A stretch of DNA of 64,000 nucleotides from Eledone cirrhosa (GCA_964016885.1 OZ024740.1:149916001-149980000), one strand, 5' to 3'; shown: positions 47,813 to 61,289, numbered from the stretch's first letter. Notes: a model not told the origin generated them from the letters alone. Made by a program: numbers and translations.

Positions 47813-50122
47813 AACGCGATCAGTCGCATATTTTGGCGTGGGAGACTATTTATTAAATTTAAGATGAATACTATCTCCGACAGTAATGCTACAACTACAG
47901 TCAGGTTGAATAACTGGTTATTCTTCTAACAATATCTTCTGAAGACACCTTTTTTTCGAATTCGTAGAGATATCCGACTAAATACATAATTCATTTTACA
48001 AGGATTTGTTACAAACAGCATGGCTGAATACAACATCAACAAAAAAATTAAGGAAGTACCGAAGACAAATAACATGGAAGGTAATCAAACTTTATTCAGT
48101 TGTAGCTACAGAAGAAACCGAAATTATAAATCGCATTTCTCTTGGAGTTGCGAACTTAATAATGATTTATTTAATTGTTATAAAATGGCAAAAAAACAAT
48201 CTCTTCATTGGCTATATGAATAGAATGAAGCTACACTGGGACGAAATGCACCCAGAACTAAATTATTTCACAGCGAAACAATTATGCCAACAAGCGACGT
48301 TTGTTGAACGTAAAAATAAGATAAGTATTATTAATTGTAAGTCCCCCACAACAAACATGTTATCAACAACACGTGCTACAGGTCGCCATGCTACTAGACT
48401 TCCTAGCAGCCAGGTCGAACAGCGCCTTGAAACAACTATGCCTGTAAGAAACTTGACACCACCTGTACCATCTAAGTCTACCTCGAATGCTGGGGAAAAC
48501 ACTATCGATAATAATAACAATCGAAGAAATAATAATAATAATAATCGAAGAAATTTGACACCACGTGTACCATCCGAGTTTACCTCGACTGTTGTGGAAA
48601 ATACTATCGATAATGATAATAATCAAAAGTATAAACAATTGAAAATTTCCCTCAACGAAATCTTCCAGAGAGAAATTAACTCGTATAAATATCTCTCTTG
48701 CTGAACGTATTAAAACGACAATGTTTAATAAAAAACCAAATAATGAAATATTACGTGTTATTGACGAAATAGGGGATGAATATTTACGACGGATAAAAAC
48801 CCCAACATTTTGGCAAATCAACGCCTGTTTATATGCCCTAGAAACGACAGTGAAGCATTATCTTGGTGATAGCAGATATATTAACAAGAACACAACACCA
48901 CCAAAAATACCATCATATATAACTAAAATAGAAAAAAAGATTGCTGACCTATGAAAAAACATAGGATATGTGACAATGCTCTTTACATGCAAACAAACAC
49001 AAAAAAACCTTACTCCTCACCAACAAAGAGTAAAAAATAAAATAGAGACGATATTTGGTAACAGTAGAACCAGAAGTCTCCAATATAAGCTGATCACCAT
49101 CAAACAAGAATTGAGAGCTGTTAGCGAAAAACGCCGATACCTGAAGAAGGTAGATGAGAGAAAAATGCTTAATAAAAGATTCAGACGAAACCAAACATCA
49201 GTCTATAGAGATATGAAGGGCAAAATAATAAATCTCACAGAGGCCCCATCCCAGAAAGACATAGATTCCTTTTGGAGAAAAATATGGGGTGAAAAGAAGA
49301 ATTTCAACCAAGATGCAGTGTGGCTAAGAGAAATCCGAAAGAACTATTGCTCCTACACTACATCAAAAACATACGAAATAAGTGAGGGTTCCCTTGAGAC
49401 TGTGATAGGAAAACTCCAAGATAAGAAAACACCAGGAAGAGACATGATTGTCGGCTACTGGTACAAAAAACAGATATTCTATCGGAGGTATCTTACTGAC
49501 CTCTACCAACAAGTTCTTAAGATACACTTATACCAGAATGGTTGACATTAGCACAAACATTACTGGTCCCCAAGAAAAAAGACACCCACTTGGCAAAAAA
49601 CTACCAACCCATTGCATGCCAGAACCAGATGTATAAGATGTATACAGCCTGCCTCAACCTATTCCTCCAAGATCACTGTGAAAATAATAACATCACAGAT
49701 GAACAAGCAGCTGGAAAGAAAAGGGTTTGGGGATGTGCTGAACAACTCCTAATCAACAAAACTGCGATATCGGAGGTGCGAAAACTTAGGAGGAATATGA
49801 CTACATTCTGGCTGGACTACAAGAAAGCTTTCGATTCTGTTCCCCACTCTTGGATGATAGAGGCCCTCCAACTTGCTAAAGTCCCAGACATTATTGTCAG
49901 AGCCATAGAGAGGTTGTCTTCTTCTTGGGCTACTATCGTCAGGTTAAAGACAGAGAGGGAGGACTCTATTTTCACTGATAAAATAAAATATTGCAGGGGT
50001 ATATTTCAGGGGGACAGTCTCTCTGTGATATTATATATCTTGTCAGTAAACCCCTTGTCCTTTCTGCTCAAGAAATGTGAGGGATACATCATTGGCTCAC
50101 AGGAGGACAAAATCCTTAACCA
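47813..50122 (+). mobile_element. R4/Dong-like (RLE-type) non-LTR retrotransposon, truncated within the RT
   Basis: MKLHWDEMHPE, NKRFRRNQ, FWRKIWG, KTPGRDMIVGYWYK, NYQPIAC, EQLLINK, LDYKKAFDSVPH, GIFQGDSLS, ILNH then break; clade call from motif memory only. Confidence 0.75.
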
Positions 50123-53100
50123 CTGTGAGTGTTTTAGCGAAATTGATAGCTCTAAGGAGAAGTGGTAAAGTGATGGAGGAGTAGTAATTATTGATGTCGA
50201 ATTGGATAAAACGGCAATGTTCCTTGTTACATATGCCGTTGAACCAATCAATCACCGCGAAAGAATTGTTCCACAGTGCAAGAGGGGCCACTTCTAATTT
50301 CAGGTATAATTCTATCAAGAATCCTTTTACTAAGTCTACCTAAATCGGACTTCGTAGGGTTAATAAGCCGAATAGAGGGGTTGTTCGGAAAATTGAATTT
50401 GTGATCCTTCAGGGTAAAGTGGGGAGAAATAGGGTCCAGAAGTTCAGTGCGGTCCAGGATGTTGAGATCAGAGGTGATTTTAAACTCAGCATCGTTGATT
50501 TCATTGATGACGCAGCGATTAGTTTTCCGGTAATCCTTAGTTACAGCATTATGTAGTAGTTGATGGTAAGTACTGCGCTCCACTTGATATAGGTTGCCAG
50601 TTTTGTCGGAATGGACGTGCATGGCATTAGAATCCTTAATATAACGAATTCTATTCTTCAGGTCCTGCTGGAAGGAATTGCTCCTATTCCGAAATTTGAT
50701 ACTCCGTATGAGTTCCAAGACATCGTTTTCGAAGGGTAGCAATGCTGGGTTACACGGAGGGTTATTATAGGTTATAAACCCCAATTTATCCTGATTGTTG
50801 TCTGCTTTTCGCTGATTATCGAAATAAAAGGCACGCCGACGCAACCTTTTAATGAACGCGTTTGTTTTCTGTATCAGGAGTTTTAGGTATGTTTTCCTGC
50901 TTGGTACGGGTATGTTCTTTGTAGAAATATTCAGATGTTGTTTCTGCATGATGAATATAAGTCAATAGAGTGCTCAACCGGTGTACCGTGATGATGGTCT
51001 TTTGACCATGACTAAGTGCGGCTCACGTGCTTGCGACAGGTTCAGAAAAGAACTCACAGCCTACTTTAAAGGCTTCAACCTCTCTATACAGGTTGAGGCC
51101 AACCTCTCGGTCGTTAATTACCTCGACGTTACCCTCAATTTATCGAATGGCTTGTATTACCCGTATAGAAAGCCGAATGATACGCTTAATTACATAAGTA
51201 AGCATTCTAACCATCCTGCCAGCTTAACCAAGAACCTGGTAAGAAACGTTTCTTTGAGGCTTTCCTGTCTATCTACTAACGAGCATATTTTCAACGACCA
51301 TTCCACATATTACAATGAAGCCCTTGCTCAGAGTGGATTTGTCGATAAGGTAGCATATACAGAGTACCAGAATAGACCTAGAAGAAATAGATCCCGACGC
51401 ATTATATGGTATAACCCACCATATAATATGGAGGTGGCCACACCATTAGCTAAGATATTTCTATCCCTTATTACGAAGCATTTTCGCCTACACATAAATA
51501 TAGTAACATTTTTAATAGAAATACTATTAAAATGTCTTACTCTATGACTCCTAACCTTGCACATAACATCACAGCTTCAAATTTAGCTAAACTACCTAGC
51601 CGTAGAAACACGTGCAACCCTGTAGTTAGTACTAACTGTAATTGTAGGAATCGGGTTGATTGCCCCCTATCCGGGAAATGCCTCTCTAGTAACATTGTCT
51701 ACAAATGTAAGGTTGAAACACCCACGTCCCATAGGGCCTACATAGGGTTAACCGCCAATAGATTCAAGCAGCGTCTTTACATGGATACCCATTCTTTTCG
51801 TTACCCTCTAAGAAGGAATATGACGTCACTTTCAGCTTATATCTGGAGTCTAAAAGACAACCACACCCAATATAAGTTACACTGGGAGATCCTAGCTAGG
51901 GCTAGATCGTATAACGGAAATAAAAGACCATGTGACCTCTGCGCCGCTTAGGCTCTGGAAATACTCTACACCACTGATCACATCTTAAACAAAAGATCTG
52001 AGGCAATTTCGGCTTGTAAACATAAATTGCACAAAACCTTCCTGTATTACAGCCCCACATTATACCCTAACGGATAGTACGATCTATACGCGGATATTTT
52101 ACGTCTTTATGTTGTAGCTAAGTATATGTTATGTTTATACCATTACTTATTTGCATAGGTAAGTATATATTACCTGTATGTTTTGTGAAGGAACGTATAC
52201 TTTCTCGTACGTATACTTGATAGTATATGTTATGGCGTATATTTTATATATTCTGGTACATATGCTTTTGGTTATGTGTATACGTGAGTTTTGCGTCTGT
52301 GTGAGTATGCGGGTTCGTACGTATGTAGGGTGTGTGTATATGTGTACTTCGTGTTTTGGTTGACGTACGTCTCCGAACATATGTGTATTTACATGCATGT
52401 AGGTATGTGTGTGCGCTTGTTATATACGTATTTATTTATTTATATACGTTTATATAATTATTTGTATACACGCACACACACATATTTATATGTGCGTGTA
52501 TTTGTATACCTATGGCGAGTGTTTTCACGTATGCTTGTGTATGTATTTATTTGATTTCAATTACCTCTGTATTTTATTTACTTTATTCTTAACTCTGAAG
52601 CCGAGAATCATTCGGTCTCCTAGTTAGAATTTTAGTCTACGACTTCAGTTATACCATTTACGAGGTTTTGTCTTTGCGTGCAATTGTTCCCCACGTTCCA
52701 CATATGACGTATTGTCTTCTTTTTTTCCGTTCATTGCCAGAGAACGTCTCTATGAACCACCTAAGAGAACATTAGTCTACGACTTCTTTTATACCATAAA
52801 CGTGGTTTTGTCTTTGCGCGTAATTGTTTTTCACCGCTCCTGTTAATGACGTATTATATTCGTTTTTTCCAGTTCTTTGCCAGGGAACGTTTCCACGAAC
52901 CAAAGTATCGTCTTCCTGTCTTCCTCCGGTTGCAACGTTTTTTGAAATATTCACTTCTGCGTTCACAGATTGACTTTGTTAGTTTCAGAAGATCCCGTTA
53001 AGGATGAAAGCAGCGATTCTTTGCTTAAACTTTAATCTCTTTTTTTAATAAATATATATGGCAGCGATAATGAGGGACAGAGACCGCTGGAGAGAACTCG

Positions 53101-53130
53101 TCCATGGATCTCGGGAATTTTACCCGCCTT
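50123..53130 (+). mobile_element. PLE with inverted 5' coding segment
   Basis: N-terminal ORF on minus strand 50949-50123 (STKNIPVPS, SDKTGNLY, FIQFDI); YRDDGL to GIY-YIG on plus strand 50981-52030; tail with ~140-bp duplication and HHR. Confidence 0.9.
52981..53031 (+). ncRNA. Hammerhead-like motif, U4 changed to A
   Basis: AGTTT-CAGAAGA-TCC-CGTTAA-GGAT-GAAA-GCAG-CGATTCT-TTGC-TT-AAACT. Confidence 0.6.
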
Positions 53131-53134
53131 AGAT

Positions 53135-53199
<65 letters not shown>

Positions 53200-53204
53200 G
53201 AGTT

Positions 53205-53490
53205 GTAATAAAATGAAAACGAAATTTCATTTCTCACACTTAGTACGGCACTTACTTAAATGTAAGTATGTATGTATACGTACATACATATATGTATACA
53301 GACGTACAGTAGCATGCATATATATATATATATATATATACATACAGGTACACATACATATATGTACGCATCAGTTTAGCGGACGCTTATTATAGCGCCC
53401 GCTTTGTTCGTTTGTAAACAAACTGAACAGCTACTGTACGTCTGTATACATATATGTATGTACATATATGTATGTACGTATACATACATA

Positions 53491-53494
<4 letters not shown>
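53205..53494. mobile_element. Short fold-back copy of the 8590 family, truncated before the hammerhead
   Basis: aaatgaaaacgaaatttcatttc..cttagtacggc start as at 8598; 53262-53312 inverted to 53430-53494. Confidence 0.75.
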
Positions 53495-53530
<36 letters not shown>

Positions 53531-53538
<8 letters not shown>

Positions 53539-53896
53539 TAAACGGAATAGAAAATGCTGACAAATTGTTCACAGTTGAAAAATGGTTTAATTAGGAATAA
53601 AAGAGTATTAGTGATTGTATGGGTTAGTATTCAGTTGTGGTTTTAAGTTTTCAAGTTTTTACCGGTTGCGCATTTCTAAATGCTTTTCAAAAATAATTTT
53701 GAGATAGAGTGTCCGTGCTGTTTGCTACACATACACACGCGTACATCAACATACAAAGAGACTTATATATACACACACACACACACTTCTCCGTATAAGA
53801 CAAAAGCTGAAAAATATCTTTTGACATGCTAAAATACCCCCCATTGCTTTCAGACACATTCTTACTGACCATCCCTGCCACCACAAATTACTCTGC

Positions 53897-53977
<81 letters not shown>

Positions 53978-54480
53978 TTGTTGTGAAAGAGTCATTTCTC
54001 AATCTTGGCGCAAAACCAATTTTTTATTCACATGACCTCTACCGACCAATCAAAATTGTTTTGACCACAAGAATTTTTGCTGGAGCCACTTTTTTAACAT
54101 AAAAACAGTCTTGGCGCAAAATCAATTTTTTACATTCACATGACCTCTACGGACCAATCAAAATTGTTTTGACCACAAGAATTTTTGCAAATTGGAGCCA
54201 CTTTTTTAACATAAAAACAGGTAGAATTCCCAAAACTAATCAGATCAGAGCAAACAGCACGGACACTCTATCTCAAAATTATTTTTGAAAAGCATTTAGA
54301 AATGCGCAACCGGTAAAAACTTAAAAACTTAAAACCACAACCCATACAATTGTATGGGTTGTGGTTTTAAGTTTTTAAGTTGTGGTTTTTAAGGTTTTAA
54401 GTTGTGGTTTTATTCCTAATTAAACCATTTTTCAACTGTGAAAAATTTGTCAGCATTTTCTATTCCGTTTACCAATATAT
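53531..54480 (+). mobile_element. Non-coding PLE-tail element with ~200-bp inverted ends and a hammerhead-like motif
   Basis: 53531-53726 inverted to 54249-54480; TTT-TTGAAAA-GCATT-TAGA-AATGC-GCAA-CCGG-TA-AAA at 54282-54318 and mirror 53657-53693; internal ~107-bp duplication. Confidence 0.8.
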
Positions 54481-54969
54481 AATAACTTGTGTGTTACACC
54501 TCTATTCTTTTAACATATTCTGAACAAGCAATGCCTGTGCTCGACCAATCCCACTTTTTCTGAGCATCGAAAACACTACCCGAAAAAGAGAACTTGCCAA
54601 CTTTATAGAATGCTTCCGAAGCCATAGGTTTTTTTTTTCAGAGTTTTCATCTCCTAGAAAGGTGTTGTGATAACAACTGGTGACCTTTCGCTCCCAGGTG
54701 AAAAAAAAAAAAATACTATTTGGATGGCTGTTGACTCTGCTGAGTTCCTCCACCCTTTGCCGGGTCTTTTATTTCATCCCGCATGGTGTCCAAATATCAC
54801 CCTCCTCATCAAGCAAACTTGGTGGGGTTGCCGGTTTAGTCGCCGACAACCCAACCATGAGACAGGTTGTACTGGGCTACATCTCACCAGTAGCACTCGA
54901 GAGCACGGCACAGCTTCAAACCGAGCCGTTTGTTTACAAACGAATCGATATAATGTTCGATATAACCCA

Positions 54970-55407
54970 TCTCCTATATAAATGGCAATTTCTGTCTGTC
55001 TGTGTATCTGTGTATCTGTATATCTGTGTATATGTGTATAACCAGTTGGCGCCTACACCAGTGATCTGATCACGATGAAACTTTACACACATGTTAAGCT
55101 GATATTCAGAAACAGGACTGACTAATTGGATTTCAATAAAAATCAGTAATAGAACCCCTGAGGACATCTTTACAATAGACGAGGAAAGAGAAGATGTTTC
55201 AGTGAGAGAGGGGGAGGAGGAAATACTACTACTCTATTTTAAACCCTCCTTCCCACGACTCAGTCCTCCAAACGAGGCAACAACTTATTTTTTTTTTTTT
55301 TTGTTCTTCATGCTGTAGAGAAAGAGAGAGAGGGCGTGAGAGAGAGAAATAAGAGAGAAAGAGAGGAGTTGAGAGAGAGGGGATAAGAGGGAGAGGGGGA
55401 ATGAGAG

Positions 55408-55449
<42 letters not shown>

Positions 55450-57169
55450 GCAATTGTGGCGCTCACCAATAGGCTCATCCATGGCGCCCTGGACCCTTAC
55501 GCCCGAGGCCTTTTTTTTTCGGCCAGCCTCCCCACTCTCAGGAAGAATGAGGGTGGCATACGCCCCATTGCTGTGGGCAATGTCTTCCGGAGGCTGGCTG
55601 CCAAGGTGATCTGCAAATCCGTAACACACGAATTGGGTGAGGAGTTTATTCCGGTGCAACTGGATGTCGGCGTGTCCTGTGGCTGTGATGGGGCCGCTCA
55701 TGCAACCAGGCAGTTCTTCAACAGCTGCCCACCGGAACCGGCATCCAGTGACTCCAGGCACCTCATTGTCAAGCTTGACATAAGGAATGCCTTCAACTCT
55801 TTACGCCGGGATCATCTGCTCGAAGCCTTTCTCAGCCGAGCCCCCTCTGTCTACCCGCTGGCCTACCTGTCGTATGGAGCCCCGAGCATGCTCCTTGCTA
55901 CTGATATGGTCATACACTCGGCTACTGGGGTCCAACAGGGCGACCCTTTGAGACGCCTCCTGTTCGCCCTTGGCATTGACCACATCATCCGGAGTATCAC
56001 GGCCCCTCTCAACGTTTGGTATCTGGATGATGCTACGTTGGGCGGGCCCGTACGGACGGTCTGCCATGACCTTCAATCGGTGGTTCCTGCCCTGGAGGGA
56101 ATCAGCCTACAGGTCAACTCGGCCAAGTAGGAGGTGGTGAATGTCAGCCTCGATGCTGCGAGCTTTGCAGCCTCCGTCTTGGACGTGCGGTCCATTCTCC
56201 GCCAGATTCAGGTGATCCCCCAAAGAGGATGTCCTCATCCTCGGGTCACCGATCCATCCGCCGGCCATCCGCTCCACCATCAGGTCCAGGTTTCAACAGC
56301 TCCAGACTTTCACGAGCCGACTGGGCTTGATTGACGGCCACCCAGCTCTCTTTCTGCTGAGGAACTGTTTCGCCATGCTGAAGCTCCTCTATACACTCCG
56401 CAGCGTTCCGTGCTACACCCAGACATCTCTCCTCGCTGACCTCGATACTTCTATCCGAGCAGCATCCGAGGAGATATGCAACGTCAAGTTTGACGACATA
56501 GGGTGGCAACAGGCCACTTTACCTGTCAGGTATAGCGTCCTTGGCCTCCGGTCCCCGATCTCACTAGCTTTTCCGGCGTATCTTTCGTCGGTAACCTCGT
56601 GCCGCGTCCTCGTCAGCAGGGTTCTTGAAAACACAAAACAGAACCCTCTGTGTTCAGAGAACGTGAGGCCGCCTGTGAGACGTGGGACTGGCTGGGACTT
56701 AGCCCAGTAGCGTCCCTCCTCCTTCTACCCCTGTTGACGTCAAGTCCTCCCAACGCACTTGGGATGCCATCCAGTCCAGCCTGGTTTCAGACAGACTCAC
56801 GCGCCAGCTCGACCAGCACCGCCTTGTTTGTTTTCGTGCAGCCTCTAAACCCCACAGTAGTGCCTAGCTCCATGCCCTGCCCTCCTTCTCCACTGGCACG
56901 CAGCTAGACAACCATAGCCTGCGCATTGGCCTTTCCCTGAGGCTCGTAATTCCTCCTTCAATGACAATAGATATTTATTCCTTAGTCATATAGTTTGTCA
57001 GGAATTCTGAACTTGCAACTTTACTGCATAGTGTTACATTGGAAGAAGATACAGACATTCCTTGGTACCTCTGCTATGTACAGTAGTATAAGTGAGATCT
57101 GTTTATTGTAGCAAGCTCGACCTGTTAGAAATAGCAGCCAAATTTCTTTCAAATCCCTTGAACAGTCTT

Positions 57170-57202
<33 letters not shown>

Positions 57203-58177
57203 CACACACACATACACATGCATTTGTGTGTATGTATGTATGCCATGGAAGTCACTATAACTGTTGGTGTACCTAAAAGAAATAGAAAACAAATCTCCCT
57301 CAAACAAGATCCTACTGCCATAGAAGAAAAAGTTGGTGAAAGCTACAATATAAAAATGTTAATTAACCCAGGCTCTACGGCACTTTGCGCCAAGGACTGT
57401 AAACTCTCCAAATATCGGTCGCTCTCCGACAGGTTTGTTGCTGAGCCCATAACAATGGAGACTTCTGGTGTCCTTGGCTCTAGGGCTACGTCACCACGAA
57501 CGGCACAGAGTTGGCTACCCGCATGGGGTGGGCTTCGCAAGCCGGAACGGATTTTCTAACACGTCTCCCTCACCATCCTCTATGCCGACTGCCGGGATTG
57601 CTGGGTGGCCAGCGCGTGAGCCCCTATTTGCTCATAATAGTGAGTAATGGGGAGATCGGGAGAGATGGAGGCAGTAACTGTGGGAGTTTGGTTCCTGGTA
57701 TATATGTATATATTTACCACACTTACACACATTTAAATAAACTTTCCTGAATTACAAAAATGAGTAAGTAAATTCCACATTCATAAATAAACCAATGGTA
57801 ATTTTTTTTTTTTAATTTATGCTTTTTAAAATAGCCTTCACATTTTGTTTGAATTTCAGAGGTTCTGATTGTACAAAAAAAAAGGGGGGTAAATAAAATC
57901 TAAATTTATTTTTTTAGTCATGCCCTTTGCACTGACAACATACCTAATGATTCTTCCAAGTGCGAAGCATTATATATGGTGACTGTAACAGGGAACAGTA
58001 TTTAAAAAAATCCCCACGAGACAAAACTAATAATATTTTTATCTACAAGATTTGCTTTAAACAAACGGCAATAAATATTCTGCTATAATTCCTACTTTAG
58101 TTAAAATTCAGCAATTTCAATGGTCAAATATTGTAACTTTAATAAAATACCCGTGAATCACCGGGTAGCTCAGCGAG
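54970..58177 (+). mobile_element. Non-autonomous Helitron
   Basis: Starts TC, ends with hairpin cccgtg..caccggg then CGAG (CTRR variant); lies between A and T with no TSD; removing it restores tataacccatacgtacatatgtatatg as seen at 21656. Confidence 0.75.
55452..57560 (+). mobile_element. CRE-like non-LTR retrotransposon fragment
   Basis: GGIRPIAVGNVFRRLAAK, KLDIRNAFNS, GVQQGDPL, WYLDDATLGG, QATLPVR, PITMETSGVLG; interrupted at ~56960-57370. Confidence 0.8.
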
Positions 58178-58229
58178 TACGTACATATGTATATGTATAT
58201 ATGTGTATGTATGTATGTATATATGTATA

Positions 58230-58326
<97 letters not shown>

Positions 58327-58456
58327 TTGTGTACATGTGCATACTTACATATATATATATATATGAAACTTTACACAACTGTCAACATATTTCAAGATAT
58401 ATATACGATATAACATTAACGAAGATCGCTGGTATTAATTCAACGGTCTCCGGCCA

Positions 58457-58491
<35 letters not shown>

Positions 58492-58532
58492 CGAAACATA
58501 AGTCAATTGCATGAACTCATAATCCTTTATTT

Positions 58533-58588
58533 ACTGCTATATATATTTCGATGATAGCCATTGAATGGCTATGACCTCATCAGGCAGT
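58533..58588 (-). ncRNA. Minimal type I hammerhead, canonical CUGAUGA
   Basis: ACTGC-CTGATGA-GGTCATAGCCA-TTCAA-TGGCTATCATC-GAAA-TATATA-TA-GCAGT then AATAAA. Confidence 0.9.
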
Positions 58589-58864
58589 TAGTCAGTTCTT
58601 AGATATGCCAGCTCTGTGTGTATAGTGTTGATGGTATCAGAGCTTTGGGACATATGAGCTTGTTAGGAATACTTTGATGTTGTCAGCAGGAATGGTCTTG
58701 ATTCTCATTGGTCAGTTTGTAGATGGTAGTAGGTTGGTATTTGACCTGAAAGAGGCAGGTGGTTCTGTGAGGTTCAAACCGTCAGGCAGGATGACAATAG
58801 TTCCATATGACTGATTTTCACAAAAGGCATTCTTGGTCAGATGTATTTTCAAATAAGGTTAATA

Positions 58865-59050
58865 GTTGTTTCTACTTTAGGCACAAGGCCAAAAATAACT
58901 CAGTGCATTACTGGTATTTTATTTTATCGACCTGGTAAGGATGAAAAGCAAAGTTAACCTCGGCGGGATTTGAACTCAGATCGTAAAGGGACCTAACTAT
59001 GCTGGAAAGCATGGCATCCGACCCTCTACCGATACTGCCAATCCACCGGT
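58865..59050 (-). mobile_element. tRNA-derived SINE
   Basis: Reverse complement of the 28278 family; taaggttaatagt duplicated in the flanks. Confidence 0.85.
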
Positions 59051-59789
59051 TAATATCCATAAGGTTAATAGTATGAAATAGATACTACAAGTCATTCTTA
59101 AATTGAGGAATTTATGTGGAGTGGTGCTACTGAAAATTATGGTTGGAGTAGAAAGTTTACAAATAAAAAGGCTTATGTAGGTTGGCTTGCACTACACTCA
59201 CACCCACCCCCACAGACACACACACACATCCACACATACAAAAAGTGGGGTGGTAATACTTAATATAATGGTTAGAGTCCAATACTTAGATAGTTTAGAA
59301 AATTTAGAAATAAAAGGTTTATGCTGGTTCACTTGTACATACACTCACACCTACCCCCTCAAACACTCACACATCTAAACACACAAATCCCTACAGGTGT
59401 GTATATATATATATGCATGCATGCATGTACGCTCAAGTATACACACATATATATATATATAAAATATATATATATATACACAGAACATACACATATATAA
59501 AATATATATATACAAAAATATAAAAAAAATATATATACATAGAATACACACACACACACAAAATATATACACACGTAAAACATACATATATATATATATA
59601 TATAAAATACACACACACATACACACATATATATATAAAACATATACATACAGATACGCACACATATATAAAATACGCATACATACACATATAAAATACA
59701 CATATATATACACATGATAAATATATACATATATATATAAAATCAGGTTCAATATTACATTGTTTAGATGACTCCTAACCAGTAGAGGA

Positions 59790-60984
59790 TCCGGTGGACC
59801 ATCTACCATAGGGACCGCAAACCATGGGTGGTTTGTTGTTGTCCATTGGTCATTGGTATGGAGTGTAGGGGACCTACCGGGGGGAGGGGGGGGGGCTTCT
59901 GGGAGGCCGTAACCGGGGTTTATCCATATAGCTTGAGGAAAGTTCCCGTCCTTAGGTGTCTGCAGGCACCGAATAAGTCGGCCCTTCTGTTTAATAGCTT
60001 GGTTCCGCCATGAAGAATCTCGAGTGTCTCACTAAGATAGAGGTTGCAAATACCAGACCCGCCTCTGTCTGGGGAAACCTTTCTAACCACGGACCAGACC
60101 AGAGAGTGTGGAGTCTTTTCAAGTTTGAGCTTCCAGATCAATACAGAAAGGGCCGTACATTTCCTCTTATCTATTATGTTAAAGGAATGGCGATGATTAT
60201 ACCACCGAGCTTTGAAGCTCATCGCTGTGGATCCTATGTAGTGGTGCTCCGAGTTAGGGGTTGTGACCTTGCACCTGTAGACCACGTTTTTGGCCATTCA
60301 TTCATTACTAAGGGGGCATAGCGATGGGTCTCTGCAATTACATGACTTCTTAAGCCCCACCACATGTACCGCGTGGTTAGCATCACTCGGGGTTGGCTGG
60401 GAAGCCTCCGCAATCAGCACAGGGTCGTTGGGATCCGGTGTGCTAGTTGGGCCTGTCCGGGTTCCGATGCGTCCCGCGTGCTGGTTCTGTTGGGTGGCTC
60501 CGGGGTTTACGGTGGTATTAGAGGCAGTGAGCCTATTCCTATTTATGCCAGATATGTGCTGGGCTACGGAGCGTGTGTTTGAGTAGGAAAGTTTCACCGT
60601 GTGCCTGTTGAATATTTTATGGTACTTATGGGCCCTAGGGAAACATATATTCAGTACTCTAAAGAATGTTCTAGCCAGGCTGGTACGTAGACCCACCAAA
60701 TACGGGGGTTATACCATGTGACCTTCCTGGTCCTATTATTGCGGGGTTGTTGGGTGTCCGCCGTGGGCGGTTGTGCACAGCTCAGGTCGAGCTCGGTTGG
60801 TGTCACTTGGGTGTGCGACCAGATGGACCATAACGCACCAGAGTACTCAATACTTAGGGTAGTAGAGTGGGTAATAGGAAAATGTTTAACCCCGATGGCA
60901 GAGCTCAAGCCGTTTCGACGGCTATTTCTGGACCGAAATAGCGGTCGAAACGGCTTGAGTTCTGCCGTCGGGGTTAAACATTTT
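59790..60984 (-). mobile_element. PLE 3' fragment (GIY-YIG) preceded by a pseudo-LTR and a short fold-back
   Basis: TWYNP, IFNRHTVKLSYS, CNCRDPSLCPL, VVY..YIGST, FKARWYNH, CRH; palindrome 60879-60984. Confidence 0.85.
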
Positions 60985-61289
60985 TTTCATATATATATAT
61001 ATATATACTGGCTCGAGACCGTTGAATTAATACCAGCGATCTTCGTTAATGTATATATATCTTGAAATATTTTGACAGTTGTGTAAAGTTTAACAATATC
61101 TCACAAATCCTGACATGAAATTATTGTGCAGTAAGAGAAACCCAATATTAGTCAATGGCAATAACATCTTAACTATTTGACCAGCTGCAGTTTTATTTGC
61201 ATCTGAACAATAAAACAACAATAGCTGCGTTTGAAGCAATTCTGTAGTTGAAAAGGATTATTGATTTATCGATTGGCCCTCCCGTCCCT

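Larger units (their letters stand above)
58366..61091. repeat. ~90-bp inverted arms enclosing nested PLE fragments
   Basis: 58366-58460 inverted to 61005-61091, with (TA)n at both inner ends. Confidence 0.8.
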
